Shown: positions 1 to 10,507, counted from the first letter of the stretch. The stretch is 64,000 nt of DNA from an uncultured Verrucomicrobiae bacterium (GCA_963801815.1 CAWDGJ010000002.1:160001-224000), one strand, 5' to 3'. Made by a program: numbers and translations. The notes: a model not told the origin generated them from the letters alone.

Positions 1-2
1 GC

Positions 3-428
3 AACGCAGCCTGGGAGTGGGCGCGCGGCGTCCACGTCAGCTCGGCCCAATTTCTGTTCGATCCGGATGAGTACGCGTTCATCAACAAGCATTGGGTTTT
101 TCTCGATCACGATCAGCGCTGGACCGCGACGGCCGGCGGCGCTTACACCTGGCAGGACTGGAGATTATCGAGCGAATTCCTTTACGGAAGCGGACTTCGC
201 CGCGGTTTTGCCAACACCAAGAGCGTTCCCGATTACGGAACCGTCAACCTTGGGCTTCAGCGGATCCTAAAAATTCCGAATTGGCCTGGCAGTTTCAAAA
301 TCCGGCTCGATATCGTGAATCTCTTCGACAAAATTTACGAGTTGCGCGACGGCAGCGGCATCGGCGTAGGCGCGCCGCAGTTCGGCCAGCGCCGCGGCTT
401 TTACGGCACAGTAGCCTACGACTTTTGA
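3..428 (+). CDS. TonB-dependent receptor, C-terminal part (5' end outside window)
   Basis: Frame +3 is open from base 3 to TGA 426-428 (not in the ORF track): ...FLDHDQRWTATAGGAY...YGSGLRRGF...IRLDIVNLFDKIYELRDGSGIGVGAPQFGQRRGFYGTVAYDF. The NLFDK motif and terminal Phe are typical of TBDR barrels. Confidence 0.85.
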   Translation, partial: NAAWEWARGVHVSSAQFLFDPDEYAFINKHWVFLDHDQRWTATAGGAYTWQDWRLSSEFLYGSGLRRGFANTKSVPDYGTVNLGLQRILKIPNWPGSFKIRLDIVNLFDKIYELRDGSGIGVGAPQFGQRRGFYGTVAYDF

Positions 429-451
429 ACTGACTCGATCATGCTGCTCTT

Positions 452-1222
452 ATGATTCGATCTTTTATATTCGCTCTTATCGCGATCCTATCGGTTTACG
501 CCACTTTGGACGCGCAAGATTCCGCGCTGACAGGGACTTCGGCTACGCCCGACCTTCCGAGCTCTGAGAAGATTAGATTCACAGAGGTTAATGTTGATGG
601 GCCGTACATCGCGATGACCTTTGATGATGGCCCGCACGCAACAAACACGGCCAAGCTACTCGAGATGGCAGCAAAGAGGCACATCAAACTAACGTTTTTC
701 GTCCTTGGCGAATGCATCGAGCAAAACCCAGACGTTCTCCGCCGAGAGATCGCGGAAGGACACGAAATCGGTAACCACTCCTGGTCGCACCCTAATCTAG
801 CGAAGCTCTCCGACGCGGACGTTCGGGGCCAGCTTCAACGGACCCAAGACATTATCGTGAAGACCACCGGCGCAACACCGAAGTTGATGCGCCCTCCGTA
901 TGGCGAGTTGACGAAACGCCAGCGGGAATGGGTGAATCGCGACTTCGGTTACAAGATAATCTTGTGGGACGTTGATCCTCTCGATTGGAAGCGACCTGGC
1001 TCTAACATCGTCGCGAAACGCATCATCGCGGGAGCACGTCCGGGGTCGATCATTTTGTCACACGATATCCACCCGCCGACGATTGCTGCGATGCCGCAGG
1101 TTTTTGATGCCCTTCTCGCGAAAGGATTCAAATTTGTGACGGTCTCCGAGCTGCTCGCCATGGATAAAGGCGGCGAGCGACCCGAAGGCTTGAAGGGGGC
1201 CGCCCCGCGGCCAAGTCCGTAA
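452..1222 (+). CDS. Polysaccharide deacetylase (CE4/NodB), exported
   Basis: Signal peptide; TFDDGP, HSWSHP, RPPYG, DPLDW and ILSHD motifs. Confidence 0.93.
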   Translation: MIRSFIFALIAILSVYATLDAQDSALTGTSATPDLPSSEKIRFTEVNVDGPYIAMTFDDGPHATNTAKLLEMAAKRHIKLTFFVLGECIEQNPDVLRREIAEGHEIGNHSWSHPNLAKLSDADVRGQLQRTQDIIVKTTGATPKLMRPPYGELTKRQREWVNRDFGYKIILWDVDPLDWKRPGSNIVAKRIIAGARPGSIILSHDIHPPTIAAMPQVFDALLAKGFKFVTVSELLAMDKGGERPEGLKGAAPRPSP

Positions 1223-1312
1223 GTCATTTGGTCACCCCACCGACGGTGCCAGAAGTTCAGCCTGCACAGAGTAAGAGCACCGAGTAATATTGACGGCCGC
1301 CCAATTAAGCCA

Positions 1313-2272
1313 ATGCACCAGGTAGATCACTCACGTTTCCGGCACTCGCATAATTTCGTGAGCGACTTTACGAAAGGCGAACGCCGTACCCGTATCGTGA
1401 TTGCCATCACCGGCGTGATGATGGTCGTGGAAATAACCGCTGGTGTTCTTTCTCACTCAATGGCGTTGCTGGCCGACGGCTGGCACATGAGCACGCACGT
1501 GACCGCGTTCCTGATCACGGCCGTTGCCTACTATTTCACGCGGCGGCACTCATCCAACGAGCAATTCAGTTTTGGAACGGGAAAGATCGGCGTCCTCGGA
1601 GGCTTTGCCAGCGCAGTCGTGCTCTCAGTGGTTGCATTGCTTATGGCCGGCGAATCGGTCCATCGCCTTTTTGTTCCACTACAAATTCATTTTAACGAAG
1701 CGATCGATATCGCTTGCGTCGCGCTCAGTGTAAATCTTGTCTGCGCATTTCTGTTGAAGGAAGACCATCATCACGCACACGACCACCATGGCGAAGATCG
1801 ACAGCAACATTCGCATCAGCACGATCTGAATCTGCGCGCGGCGTATTTACACGTCGTTGCTGATGCGTTCACAACGTTGCTCGCCATTGTCGCACTGACT
1901 TCGGGGAAATTCTTCGGTTGGGATTGGCTAGATCCCATCGTTGGTCTCGTTGGAAGTGGCGTTGTATTTTCGTGGGCTTACCAATTATTACGAGACACCA
2001 GCGGCATTCTGGTCGATCAGACACCACTCTCTTCTGATTTGCCTGACGAAATCCGGCGCACGGTTGAGAGTGACGGTGATTCGATCGTTACCGATCTCCA
2101 TGTCTGGCAGGTCAGCACCGGAAAATTCGCAGCCATTGTTTCCATCGTCGCCCACGAACCGAAGAGCTCCAATCTGTATCGCGAATTGCTTCACGAACAC
2201 GAAGAGTTAGTCCACGTCACAATCGAGACACAGCGCTGCGTTGAGGACCACGAAGCCTTGTCGCGTTTCTAA
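1313..2272 (+). CDS. dmeF: CDF-family Co/Ni efflux transporter (DmeF-like)
   Basis: SMALLADGWHMSTH, His-rich loop, HDLNLRAAYLHVVADA, DLHVWQ. Confidence 0.85.
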   Translation: MHQVDHSRFRHSHNFVSDFTKGERRTRIVIAITGVMMVVEITAGVLSHSMALLADGWHMSTHVTAFLITAVAYYFTRRHSSNEQFSFGTGKIGVLGGFASAVVLSVVALLMAGESVHRLFVPLQIHFNEAIDIACVALSVNLVCAFLLKEDHHHAHDHHGEDRQQHSHQHDLNLRAAYLHVVADAFTTLLAIVALTSGKFFGWDWLDPIVGLVGSGVVFSWAYQLLRDTSGILVDQTPLSSDLPDEIRRTVESDGDSIVTDLHVWQVSTGKFAAIVSIVAHEPKSSNLYRELLHEHEELVHVTIETQRCVEDHEALSRF

Positions 2273-2377
2273 CGTTGGTCGGCTGTTGGTGAGCGACGTC
2301 ATTGCGAGCGCCGCTTTGTGTGGCAAGAGTCTACCGCGTATTTGTCGAGCCCGCATTGACGTAAGACAGGAGCCTAC

Positions 2378-4003
2378 ATGAGAAATTTTCTATCTTTGAC
2401 GCTCGCAATTTTCCTGGTGAGTCGAGTCCACGCACAGGAAACGGCATCGACGCCGACCTCGTCATCACAAATGGATGAACTGCGTCAGCAAGTGAAAGCC
2501 CTCACCGACACGGTGAAGACCTTGCAACAACAAGTGACGGACCAGCAGACAACAATCGATCGACTCAATCAGCAGAACAGCACAAATGTTGAATCGCCGG
2601 AACCATCGCCGATCGCGGCTGCTTCTGCAGCACCATCACCGTCGCCAACAGCCGCAACGAAAGCGCCTGCGGGGTTTCCGACTGAAGATGCGTCAGTCGT
2701 TGCCTCGTCCACAACGAGCGCGCCGTCGGCCGCGCAGAGTCCAGGCGTAAATGCGAATGGCACCGCTGTTGGAAATTTTCCGACGACGGATACGTCAGTT
2801 GTCACATCCGCGCCGGAGACAATTTCCAGTACCGGGGCTGGGGCATCACTCACGCAGCCGTTCGGAATCAGCAGCGGTGGCGGTAAGAATTACATGAACA
2901 TGTCGTTCGACGGCTTGTTCGCGCTTGCCGAATCGAGCGCCAAAGATCTCAATCACATTGAGGTGGGCGATCATGACCCGATGCAGCGCGGATTCAATGC
3001 GCGAAACATCGAACTTGCCTTCGATGGAGCCGTCGATCCTTACTTCGAAGGTTTCGCAAACATCGTTTTCAAACTCGACAACGACAACAATACCGACGTC
3101 GAAGTTGAAGAAGCGTTCCTGCAAACGACGAGCCTACCGTTCAACCTGCAATTAAAAGGCGGACAATTCTTCGCCGCGTTTGGCCGAATCAATCCAACCC
3201 ATCCGCACACCTGGGACTTTGCCGATTACCCGATCGTCGCCGGGCGTTTTCTCGGCCCGGACGGCTTGCGCGGTGTGGGCACCCAAATTTCCTGGATTGT
3301 GCCGTTGCCGTGGTATTCGCAATTGTTTCTTGGAGTGCAAAACGGCCGCGGCGAAACCGGCTACTCGTTTCGCAATCCCGGTGACAACGGCATCTTCTAC
3401 GGCCGGGAAACAACCGATCGCGAGATTCGCGGTCTCGAAGATTTCGTTTGGATTCCGCGCTGGGAAAACTCGGTCGATCTTAGCCCGACTCAAGTGGTGC
3501 TCGCCGGCGTTTCCGGTGCGTTCGGTTCAAATGAAACGGGCGGCAATGCGCGAACGCAGATTTACGGCGCCGATTTTCTTTACAAATGGAAAAGCGAGAA
3601 GGCCGAGGGCGGATTTCCATTCGTGAAATGGCAAACCGAGTTCATGTATCGTCGCTTCGAAGCAGGCCACGGTATGGACGATTCATTCCCGGTCGCGGAA
3701 ACATTTCATGACTGGGGGCTTTATTCGCAAGTGCTTTGGGGATTCAAGAAAGGTTGGGTGGCGGGAATCCGCGGTGATTACTACGACGCGCAAGATTCGC
3801 GGTACACCGACGATATCGATCGACAATCGCGGTCACGGATCAGTGCCAACCTGACCTGGTATCCGACCGAGTTCTCCAAGATCCGTTTGCAATACAATCA
3901 CGACTTTCTCGACGAAACATTTTTCCTGGCCGGCCGCGACGTAGACTCAGTTTTTCTTCAATTTGAATTCATCCTCGGCTCGCACGGCGCCCACAAATTT
4001 TAA
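2378..4003 (+). CDS. Outer-membrane beta-barrel associated with metal ABC uptake
   Basis: Signal peptide, coiled-coil, low-complexity linker, then barrel (ELAFDGAVDPYF, EEAF, FGRINPTHPHTW); C-terminus GSHGAHKF; lies upstream of the SBP gene. Confidence 0.75.
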   Translation: MRNFLSLTLAIFLVSRVHAQETASTPTSSSQMDELRQQVKALTDTVKTLQQQVTDQQTTIDRLNQQNSTNVESPEPSPIAAASAAPSPSPTAATKAPAGFPTEDASVVASSTTSAPSAAQSPGVNANGTAVGNFPTTDTSVVTSAPETISSTGAGASLTQPFGISSGGGKNYMNMSFDGLFALAESSAKDLNHIEVGDHDPMQRGFNARNIELAFDGAVDPYFEGFANIVFKLDNDNNTDVEVEEAFLQTTSLPFNLQLKGGQFFAAFGRINPTHPHTWDFADYPIVAGRFLGPDGLRGVGTQISWIVPLPWYSQLFLGVQNGRGETGYSFRNPGDNGIFYGRETTDREIRGLEDFVWIPRWENSVDLSPTQVVLAGVSGAFGSNETGGNARTQIYGADFLYKWKSEKAEGGFPFVKWQTEFMYRRFEAGHGMDDSFPVAETFHDWGLYSQVLWGFKKGWVAGIRGDYYDAQDSRYTDDIDRQSRSRISANLTWYPTEFSKIRLQYNHDFLDETFFLAGRDVDSVFLQFEFILGSHGAHKF

Positions 4004-4012
4004 GTATGAATT

Positions 4013-4119
4013 GTCATCCTGAACGAAGTGAAGGATCACCCAAGAGCTCATTGATCACGCAGACTAAGTTGTGTGATCCAAACTGCGCATGTGGAACTCC
4101 TCGCTTTGCTTGGAATGAG
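4013..4119. repeat. Palindromic REP/MITE-like element (GTCATCC...GGAATGA family), copy 1
   Basis: gtcatcctgaacgaagtgaaggatc ... ctcctcgctttgcttggaatga; inner gatcac/gtgatc pair; similar to 27203-27311. Confidence 0.75.
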
Positions 4120-4152
4120 AACACCCGCTCGGCGGGCAAAAATCGCGAAATT

Positions 4153-5049
4153 ATGAAACGAATCCTGTTAATTCTGTCCTTTGTTGTCTGTGCATTTTCC
4201 GCGCAGGCGAAGTTGAACGTTGTCGCCACGCTTCCCGATTTCGGATCGCTCGCGCGCGAAATCGGCGGCGACAAGATCGATCTCGTCGTGCTGGCGAAGC
4301 CGACCGAAGATCCGCACTTCGTGGATGCGCGTCCAAGTTTTGTCGTTTCGTTGCGCAACGCCGACGTGTTGATCGACGGGGGCGCGGAGCTTGAGGTTGG
4401 TTGGCTGCCGCCGCTGTTGCAAAATGCCCGCAATCCGAAGATCGAAGTTGGAAAGCCCGGACGGGTGCAAGCGTCGCAGGGAATTCGATTGATGGAAGTA
4501 CCGACGACTTTGACCCGCGCCGCCGGCGATGTGCATGCGCTCGGCAATCCACATTTTTGCGTCGACCCGATCATTGCCAAAGCGATCGCGCAGCACATCG
4601 CCCAATCATTCGCGGCCGTCGATCCGCCGAATGCAGCGTTTTACGACGCGAACTACAAGAAATTCGAAGCGGCCATTAATAATAAACTGCAATATTGGGG
4701 CGCGATGATGCAACCGTTTCAAGGCCAGCACGTCGCCGCCTATCACGATTCGTGGCCCTATTTTGCCCACCGCTTCGGTATTAACATCGACGTGTTTCTC
4801 GAACCGAAGCCCGGCATTCCGCCGTCGCCATCGCACTTAACCGAAGTGATCGGTCAAATGAAATCGTTGCACATCAAAGCGATCATTGTGGAACCGTATC
4901 ATGACCGGCGGATTGCGGAGAAGGTGGCCAGATCAACGGGCGCGAAAGTAGTGGACTTCGCGCAATTTCCCGGCGGAATTCCGAACGCGGACAGCTACGT
5001 GAGCCTGATCGACAAACTTGTTTCGAAACTCGCCGAAGCACTGAAATAA
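4153..5049 (+). CDS. Metal (Zn/Mn/Co/Ni) ABC transporter substrate-binding protein (ZnuA/TroA family)
   Basis: MKRILL signal peptide at 4153; DPHF, GNPH, YHDSWPYF and EPKPGIPPSPSH motifs. Confidence 0.92.
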   Translation: MKRILLILSFVVCAFSAQAKLNVVATLPDFGSLAREIGGDKIDLVVLAKPTEDPHFVDARPSFVVSLRNADVLIDGGAELEVGWLPPLLQNARNPKIEVGKPGRVQASQGIRLMEVPTTLTRAAGDVHALGNPHFCVDPIIAKAIAQHIAQSFAAVDPPNAAFYDANYKKFEAAINNKLQYWGAMMQPFQGQHVAAYHDSWPYFAHRFGINIDVFLEPKPGIPPSPSHLTEVIGQMKSLHIKAIIVEPYHDRRIAEKVARSTGAKVVDFAQFPGGIPNADSYVSLIDKLVSKLAEALK

Positions 5050-5051
5050 TT

Positions 5052-5876
5052 ATGTGGGAAGTGATGTTCTGGCCTATCATGGCCTGCGTTCTCTTGCCGT
5101 GGCTGCTGGTTTACTTGGGACTTCACGTCGTCCAACGCGGAATCATCTTCATCGACATCGCGATGGCGCAGATGGCGTCCCTTGGAATTTGTTTGGCCGT
5201 CTTGCTGCATATCGATCTTGAAAGCTGGACCACCTTCGGCATAGCGCTGTTGTTTACTTTGATCGGCGCGTCGATTTTTTCAGTGACCGGCAAGCGGAAG
5301 AGCCAGATTCCGCAGGAAGCTGTCATCGGAATTTCCTACGTCGTCGCAGCCGCCGCCGCAGTTTTGCTCCTGAGCCGCGCCGCCGAAGGCGACGAAGAAA
5401 TCAAAAACATGCTGGTCGGAAATATTTTGCTCGTCACGCCGCGCGAAGTTTGGGAACGGTTCGCGCTCTTCGCGGCTGTCGGCATTTTTCATTTTGTTTT
5501 TCGAAAAAAATTCCTGCTCGTTTCGTTCGATGACGAAGGCGCGTATCAAAGCGGATTGCGCGTGCGCTGGTGGGATTTTTGCTTCTACGCGGTATTCGGC
5601 CTGGTGGTAACGAGCTTTGTGCGCATCGCCGGCGTGCTGCTCGTCTTTAGTTATCTGATCGTACCCGCAGTTTGCGGGATCAATCTGGCCCGGCGGATTG
5701 GCAACCGGTTGCTCATCGGTTGGATCGTCGCGCTGATCGGCGGGGTTGCTGGATTGCTCCTTTCCTATTGGTGGGATCTGCCGTCCGGTGCAGCGATTGT
5801 CTGCACCTTCGGCGCGCTTTTGATTTTGATTTCATTTATTGGCCTCTGGCGCCGCCGCTTTATTCTATCGGAATAA
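5052..5876 (+). CDS. Metal ABC transporter permease (ZnuB/MntB family)
   Basis: Multi-TM; GLHVVQRGIIFIDIAMAQ, GVLLVFSYLIVPA, DLPSGAAIV. Confidence 0.9.
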   Translation: MWEVMFWPIMACVLLPWLLVYLGLHVVQRGIIFIDIAMAQMASLGICLAVLLHIDLESWTTFGIALLFTLIGASIFSVTGKRKSQIPQEAVIGISYVVAAAAAVLLLSRAAEGDEEIKNMLVGNILLVTPREVWERFALFAAVGIFHFVFRKKFLLVSFDDEGAYQSGLRVRWWDFCFYAVFGLVVTSFVRIAGVLLVFSYLIVPAVCGINLARRIGNRLLIGWIVALIGGVAGLLLSYWWDLPSGAAIVCTFGALLILISFIGLWRRRFILSE

Positions 5877-5891
5877 CGGACCCGCGCTGAC

Positions 5892-6629
5892 GTGAATGAC
5901 GTTGTTTTCATAACACTCCTGGCCACGGGATTTGCCGTGGGATTTCTTCACTCGGTGATCCCGACGCACTGGCTTCCGTTCGTGGTAGCGGCCCGCACTC
6001 AACGTTGGACCAAAACAAAAACGCTCGCGGTGACCGGCTTTGCCGGCGTGGGCCACGTCATCTTCACCACCGCGCTCGGAGTGTTGATCGTGTGGGGCGG
6101 CATGGCAATCAACAGTCGAATTGGCAATGCGTTCCCCTATCTCGCCGGAGGCGCGCTGATTGCTTTGGGAATTTTTTATCTCGTTCGTCAAATGAAGGGC
6201 GATCATGGACACGTCCATTTGTTCGGCAGTCACAGTCACGAGCACCATTCACACGATCACGGCGACCACCATCATCATGACGATCTCGATGATTCGATTG
6301 AAGAAGAGGAGCGTGCGCTCGAGCAGGATTGGTCGAGACAAAGATCAGACGGGGCGGCAATTCTGGGTTTAATGGCGCTGCTGACCTTTTCTCCCTGTGA
6401 AGCGTTTCTGCCCGTGTTCCTGACCGGCGCGAAATACGGGTGGCTCGGTTTTGTGTTGCTGAGCACTGTTCTGGCCGTCGCCACTATTACGGGAATGATC
6501 ACCTTCACTTCGCTGACCATGCTTGGACTACAACGTTTGCGATTCAAGACACTGGAAAGATACGAACCGCTGATTGTGAGCGCGGTTTTCTGCACCCTCG
6601 GCGTGTTGGTGATTATATTGGAACATTAA
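5892..6629 (+). CDS. His-rich Ni/Co transporter-like membrane protein (NicO/RcnA-like)
   Basis: LHSVIPTHW motif, His-rich central loop, SPCE motif, about 6 TM segments. Confidence 0.7.
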   Translation: MNDVVFITLLATGFAVGFLHSVIPTHWLPFVVAARTQRWTKTKTLAVTGFAGVGHVIFTTALGVLIVWGGMAINSRIGNAFPYLAGGALIALGIFYLVRQMKGDHGHVHLFGSHSHEHHSHDHGDHHHHDDLDDSIEEEERALEQDWSRQRSDGAAILGLMALLTFSPCEAFLPVFLTGAKYGWLGFVLLSTVLAVATITGMITFTSLTMLGLQRLRFKTLERYEPLIVSAVFCTLGVLVIILEH

Positions 6630-6633
6630 TTCC

Positions 6634-7539
6634 ATGGCGCACGATCATTCGCATAATCACTCGCCGAATTTTAACGCCGCTTTTGCCATCGGCATCGCGC
6701 TGAACACCGCCTATGTCTTGTTCGAGGTTATTTTCGGCTTAATCGGACATTCACTCGCATTACTCGCCGATGCCGGCCACAACTTGAGCGACGTTCTCGG
6801 TTTGCTGCTCGCCTGGGGCGCGAGTGCAATGACCAAGAGTCTGCCGACCAAGCGACGAACTTACGGCCTGCGCGGCAGCTCGATTCTGGCTGCGCTGTTC
6901 AACGCCATTTTTTTGCTCGTTTCAGTGGGGGCGATCGTTTGGGAAGCGTTGCGCCGGTTCAGAGCGCCAGCCGAAGTCGCCGCGAACACGATCATTTGGG
7001 TTTCGTTGGTCGGCATTGCGGTAAATACCGCCACCGCATTGATGTTCCGGGCCGGCCGCGAACACGATCTTAATATTCGCGGCGCGTTTCTCCACATGGC
7101 CGCCGACGCGGCCATTTCTGCCGGAGTCGTAATCGCGGGTTTCGCCATTCTCTGGACGGGATGGCATTGGATCGATCCGGTTGTGAGCTTGATAATTTCC
7201 GCCGTCATCGTTTGGGGCACGTGGGACCTGTTGCGCGAATCCACCAACCTTGCTTTGCAAGCCGTGCCGCGAAACATTGAACCGGAAAAAGTGGAGCGTT
7301 ATCTGGCGCAGTTGCCCGGAGTTTCCAGAGTCCACGATCTCCATATTTGGGCGATGAGTACAACCGAAACGGCGCTCACAGCGCATTTGGTGAAGCCGGA
7401 CGGAAACATCGACGACGAATTGCTGGCGCGCGTTTGCGACGAACTTCAGGAAAATTTCCACATCAGTCATGTCACCATTCAACTGGAATGCGGAAGTGAA
7501 GCCCACCCCTGCAGACAGGCGGCCGATCATGCAGTGTGA
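6634..7539 (+). CDS. czcD: CDF-family Zn/Co/Cd efflux transporter (CzcD/ZitB-like)
   Basis: SLALLADAGHNLSD, DLNIRGAFLHMAADA, HDLHIWAMST. Confidence 0.88.
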   Translation: MAHDHSHNHSPNFNAAFAIGIALNTAYVLFEVIFGLIGHSLALLADAGHNLSDVLGLLLAWGASAMTKSLPTKRRTYGLRGSSILAALFNAIFLLVSVGAIVWEALRRFRAPAEVAANTIIWVSLVGIAVNTATALMFRAGREHDLNIRGAFLHMAADAAISAGVVIAGFAILWTGWHWIDPVVSLIISAVIVWGTWDLLRESTNLALQAVPRNIEPEKVERYLAQLPGVSRVHDLHIWAMSTTETALTAHLVKPDGNIDDELLARVCDELQENFHISHVTIQLECGSEAHPCRQAADHAV

Positions 7540-7609
7540 TTCGCCTGCCCGCCTTTGCCTGACAGCGAAATGCGTTGCTTTCAATGGCAGACTGTTGTAA
7601 TCGGTTTTC

Positions 7610-8306
7610 GTGTCTAAATTGCTAATTTTCGCCCTGTCTCTTGGGGTCGCATTTGGGCTCTGTTTTTCTGCATCTGCGGGACCGCAACCGGTGAGTGGTG
7701 TCAGCGGCGGCGCCAGGACCCGAGCCAATTCCTCCAAGTCCAATGAGTCCGACATCAGGCTCCGGTCCCACATCAGATCCCTACACTCCCTCTACTTCGA
7801 CTACGACCGATAGTGCGCATCCCAGCACACAGAAACCGGACTCGTCTGACGCCTCAAACGCAAGCGATGCATCCGGCTCAAGCAACGACGTTCCGGACGA
7901 CACGTTGTATCGTATGAGTACCAAAGAAACCCTTGCCGCCGGCACGATGGGGCGAGATGAAGGCCAGCTCTCTCGCAAACCAACGCGGCGCGAAAAAGTC
8001 TCGGAGGTTGAATCAACCAAACAGCTTAAAACGAGCGGTACCGATCCAAAGTTCCAAGGGAGTCTTCTTCATTCGAGCCTGACTTCGATCGATGATTTGG
8101 GCCAGAAGGCGAGCAATGGCGCTGAAAACGGCGAAACGGACGCTGTGGACGGGGGCGATCCGCGCTTCAAAGCGAAGCGTTTAGTTTTCACCGAAGAAGC
8201 GGCCAACGGCTCAAAGAGGAAGAAGGAGACGTCTCACACCAAGGGAGAGACTTCCCCGTCGCCGAGCCCGTCGGCCACTGCTTCGCCGGCTGCATCCCAT
8301 CGCTAA
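7610..8306 (+). CDS. Exported Ser/Pro/Thr-rich hypothetical protein, one apparent frameshift near 7710
   Basis: Signal peptide in ORF 7610 continues into the ORF 7695 frame (..SGG / PGPEPIPP..). Confidence 0.55.
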
Positions 8307-9761
8307 TCGCGCTTCGGCTTTAGCAGCGGAAACAGGACCACATCGCGGATAGATTCCGCGCCGGTAAGCATCATCGCCAGTCGATCGATCCCAAGGCCAA
8401 GGCCGCCGGCTGGCGGCATTCCGTGTTCGAGCGCGAGTAAAAAATCTTCGTCGAGCTTCTGAGTTTCTTCGCCTGCTTGTTCGAGCAACCGTTTGCGCTG
8501 CACGTCGGGATCGTTGAGCTCAGTGTATCCCGGCGACATTTCCACTCCGTTGATAATCAGCTCATAAACATCGACCAGCGCAGGATCAATCGCGTTTTGT
8601 TTCGCCAAAGGCACGAGCTCTTTCGGACAATGAGTCACGAACAGCGGATCGAACGTTCTCTCTTCCACCAGTTTTTCAAAAACGTGCTGGGTTACCTCGA
8701 AATCGGCGAGCTGCGGCAAAACTTCGAGCTTAAAATCCTTGGTCGCGCGGGCGCGGCGTTGCTCGCTCGAAAGCTCGAACCAATCCTTGCCGGCGACTTC
8801 GCGCACCAGATCGAGATAACGCGCCCGGCGCCACGGCCGCGTGAGGTTGATGGTGCGTGTCACTTTTCCATCCGCGTCGCGATGCTCAATCTTCAATGAT
8901 CCGGAAACTTTTTCCGCCAGGTGGCAGATCAGTTCCTCGACCAGGTCCGCCATTTTTTCGAAGTTGGCGTAAGCCCAGTAGATTTCGAGCATGGTAAATT
9001 CCGGATTGTGTTTTCGCGAAATGCCCTCGTTCCGGAAGTTTCGGTTCAGCTCGAAAACTTTGTTAAATCCGCCAACCAACAGGCGCTTGAGATAAAGTTC
9101 CGGCGCAATCCGGAGATAGAGATCAAGCCCGAGGGCCTTGTGATGAGGTACTGAATGGCTGTGCCGCCGCGCCGCCGGCCACGGTTTGCAGCATCGGCGT
9201 TTCCACTTCGAAAAAACCGCGGTCTTCCAGGAACCGCCGGATTTCGCGCACCATCAAGATTCGTTTTTGAAACGTCTCCCGTGACTGTTCGTTCGCAACA
9301 AGATCGACATAGCGCTGCCGATAGCGCGCTTCGACATCTTGTAAGCCGTGCCATTTTTCCGGCGGCGGTCTTAGCGATTTCGCCAGAACTTCGAACTTCT
9401 GCGCCTTCACCGTCGACTCGCCGGTCTTAGTGACGAAGCATGTGCCCTCTACGCCAACAAAATCGCCGAGATCAAGGAGCTTGAACACCTCCATTGCTTC
9501 GGCGCCGACTTCCTTGTCATTAAAATAGATCTGGATGCGTCCGCTGGCGTCTCGAAGGTCGACAAAATGGCTCTTGCCCATGTCGCGATGGGCGGTGATG
9601 CGCCCGGCGACGCGCAAGGTTTCACCTTCCTTGAATTTTTCCCGCACTTCAGCGATTGAGCCGGACGTCTCGAAAGCCTGGCCGAATGGCTCGACGCCTT
9701 TCTTGCGAAGCACCTCCAGCTTTTCGCGCCGCTGCGCGATCAATTCATTTTCCGTCTCCAT
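8303..9761 (-). CDS. lysS: Lysine--tRNA ligase class II, single-base frameshift near 9150
   Basis: N-half ([26 protein letters not shown]) joins [23 protein letters not shown] and the C-half ([27 protein letters not shown]) if one base is removed. Confidence 0.95.
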
Positions 9762-9947
9762 GATCGCGGCTACGGAACTCTGTCTTTCCGCATTCCGCAA
9801 TCCGAAATCCGCAACGAAAGTTTATTGGTTTGCCTTTGAAAGCGCGGGAATGACATACTCTGGTGGATCGGCCGCTCCGCGGGCGATGCTAAATGAACGC
9901 GGCTTCGCCGCCCAAATAACATCGCGCCGGGGGCTGCGCGATCCACC

Positions 9948-10418
9948 ATGGCACTCGACCTTCCTAAGACGACGTCGAAGCGGGACGGACCGCTGGTGAA
10001 GCAGTTCTCCGTTTTTCTTCCGAATAAAGTCGGCGCGATGCACGATGTTCTCAAGATGCTGAACGCGCACGATTACCACGTAATGGCGATGAGCGTTTCA
10101 GAATCGACCGATTCGGCGATTGCGCGTCTGGTTGTGAGCGATCCCGGCGGCGTGGAGCAGTTGCTCAAGCAAAACAACATTGCGTTCGGGACCTGCGACG
10201 TTGTGGTGGTGGAGATGCACGAAGTGGCAACAGAATTGTCGAAGCTTTTCGCGGCCCTGTTCATGGCCGAAGTGAACGTGCACTTCACCTATCCCCTCCT
10301 CGTGCGGCCGCGCGGCCAGGCGGCGCTGGCCGTCCACGTGGACGATAACGAATGCGCGATTTCAGTTTTGAGCGGCGCCGGCTTTACCCTACTCAGCCAG
10401 AGCGAAATCTCGCGTTAG
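9948..10418 (+). CDS. Tandem ACT-domain protein
   Basis: QFSVFLPNKVG..., VNVHFTYP; size of two ACT repeats. Confidence 0.8.
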   Translation: MALDLPKTTSKRDGPLVKQFSVFLPNKVGAMHDVLKMLNAHDYHVMAMSVSESTDSAIARLVVSDPGGVEQLLKQNNIAFGTCDVVVVEMHEVATELSKLFAALFMAEVNVHFTYPLLVRPRGQAALAVHVDDNECAISVLSGAGFTLLSQSEISR

Positions 10419-10507
10419 CGCTGTCCCATTGAGAGCCTCGCGAGCCTGCCTACCCGCCCTCGCTGCCTTGACATAGTGACGAGGTGGTCTAGAGGAAACG
10501 ACTATCC

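Noticed and set aside
1223..1312. NiCo or cobalamin riboswitch upstream of the CDF gene
   Set aside because: The gap is short and I cannot recognise the consensus; an Rfam scan would settle it.
4006..4152. N-terminal extensions of ORFs 4006, 23211 and 51336
   Set aside because: They run through repeat elements or the antisense of a neighboring gene; signal peptides begin at 4153, 23364 and 51759.
9130..9170. Programmed frameshift in lysS
   Set aside because: No slippery sequence; it matches the pattern of other single-base insertions in the window.
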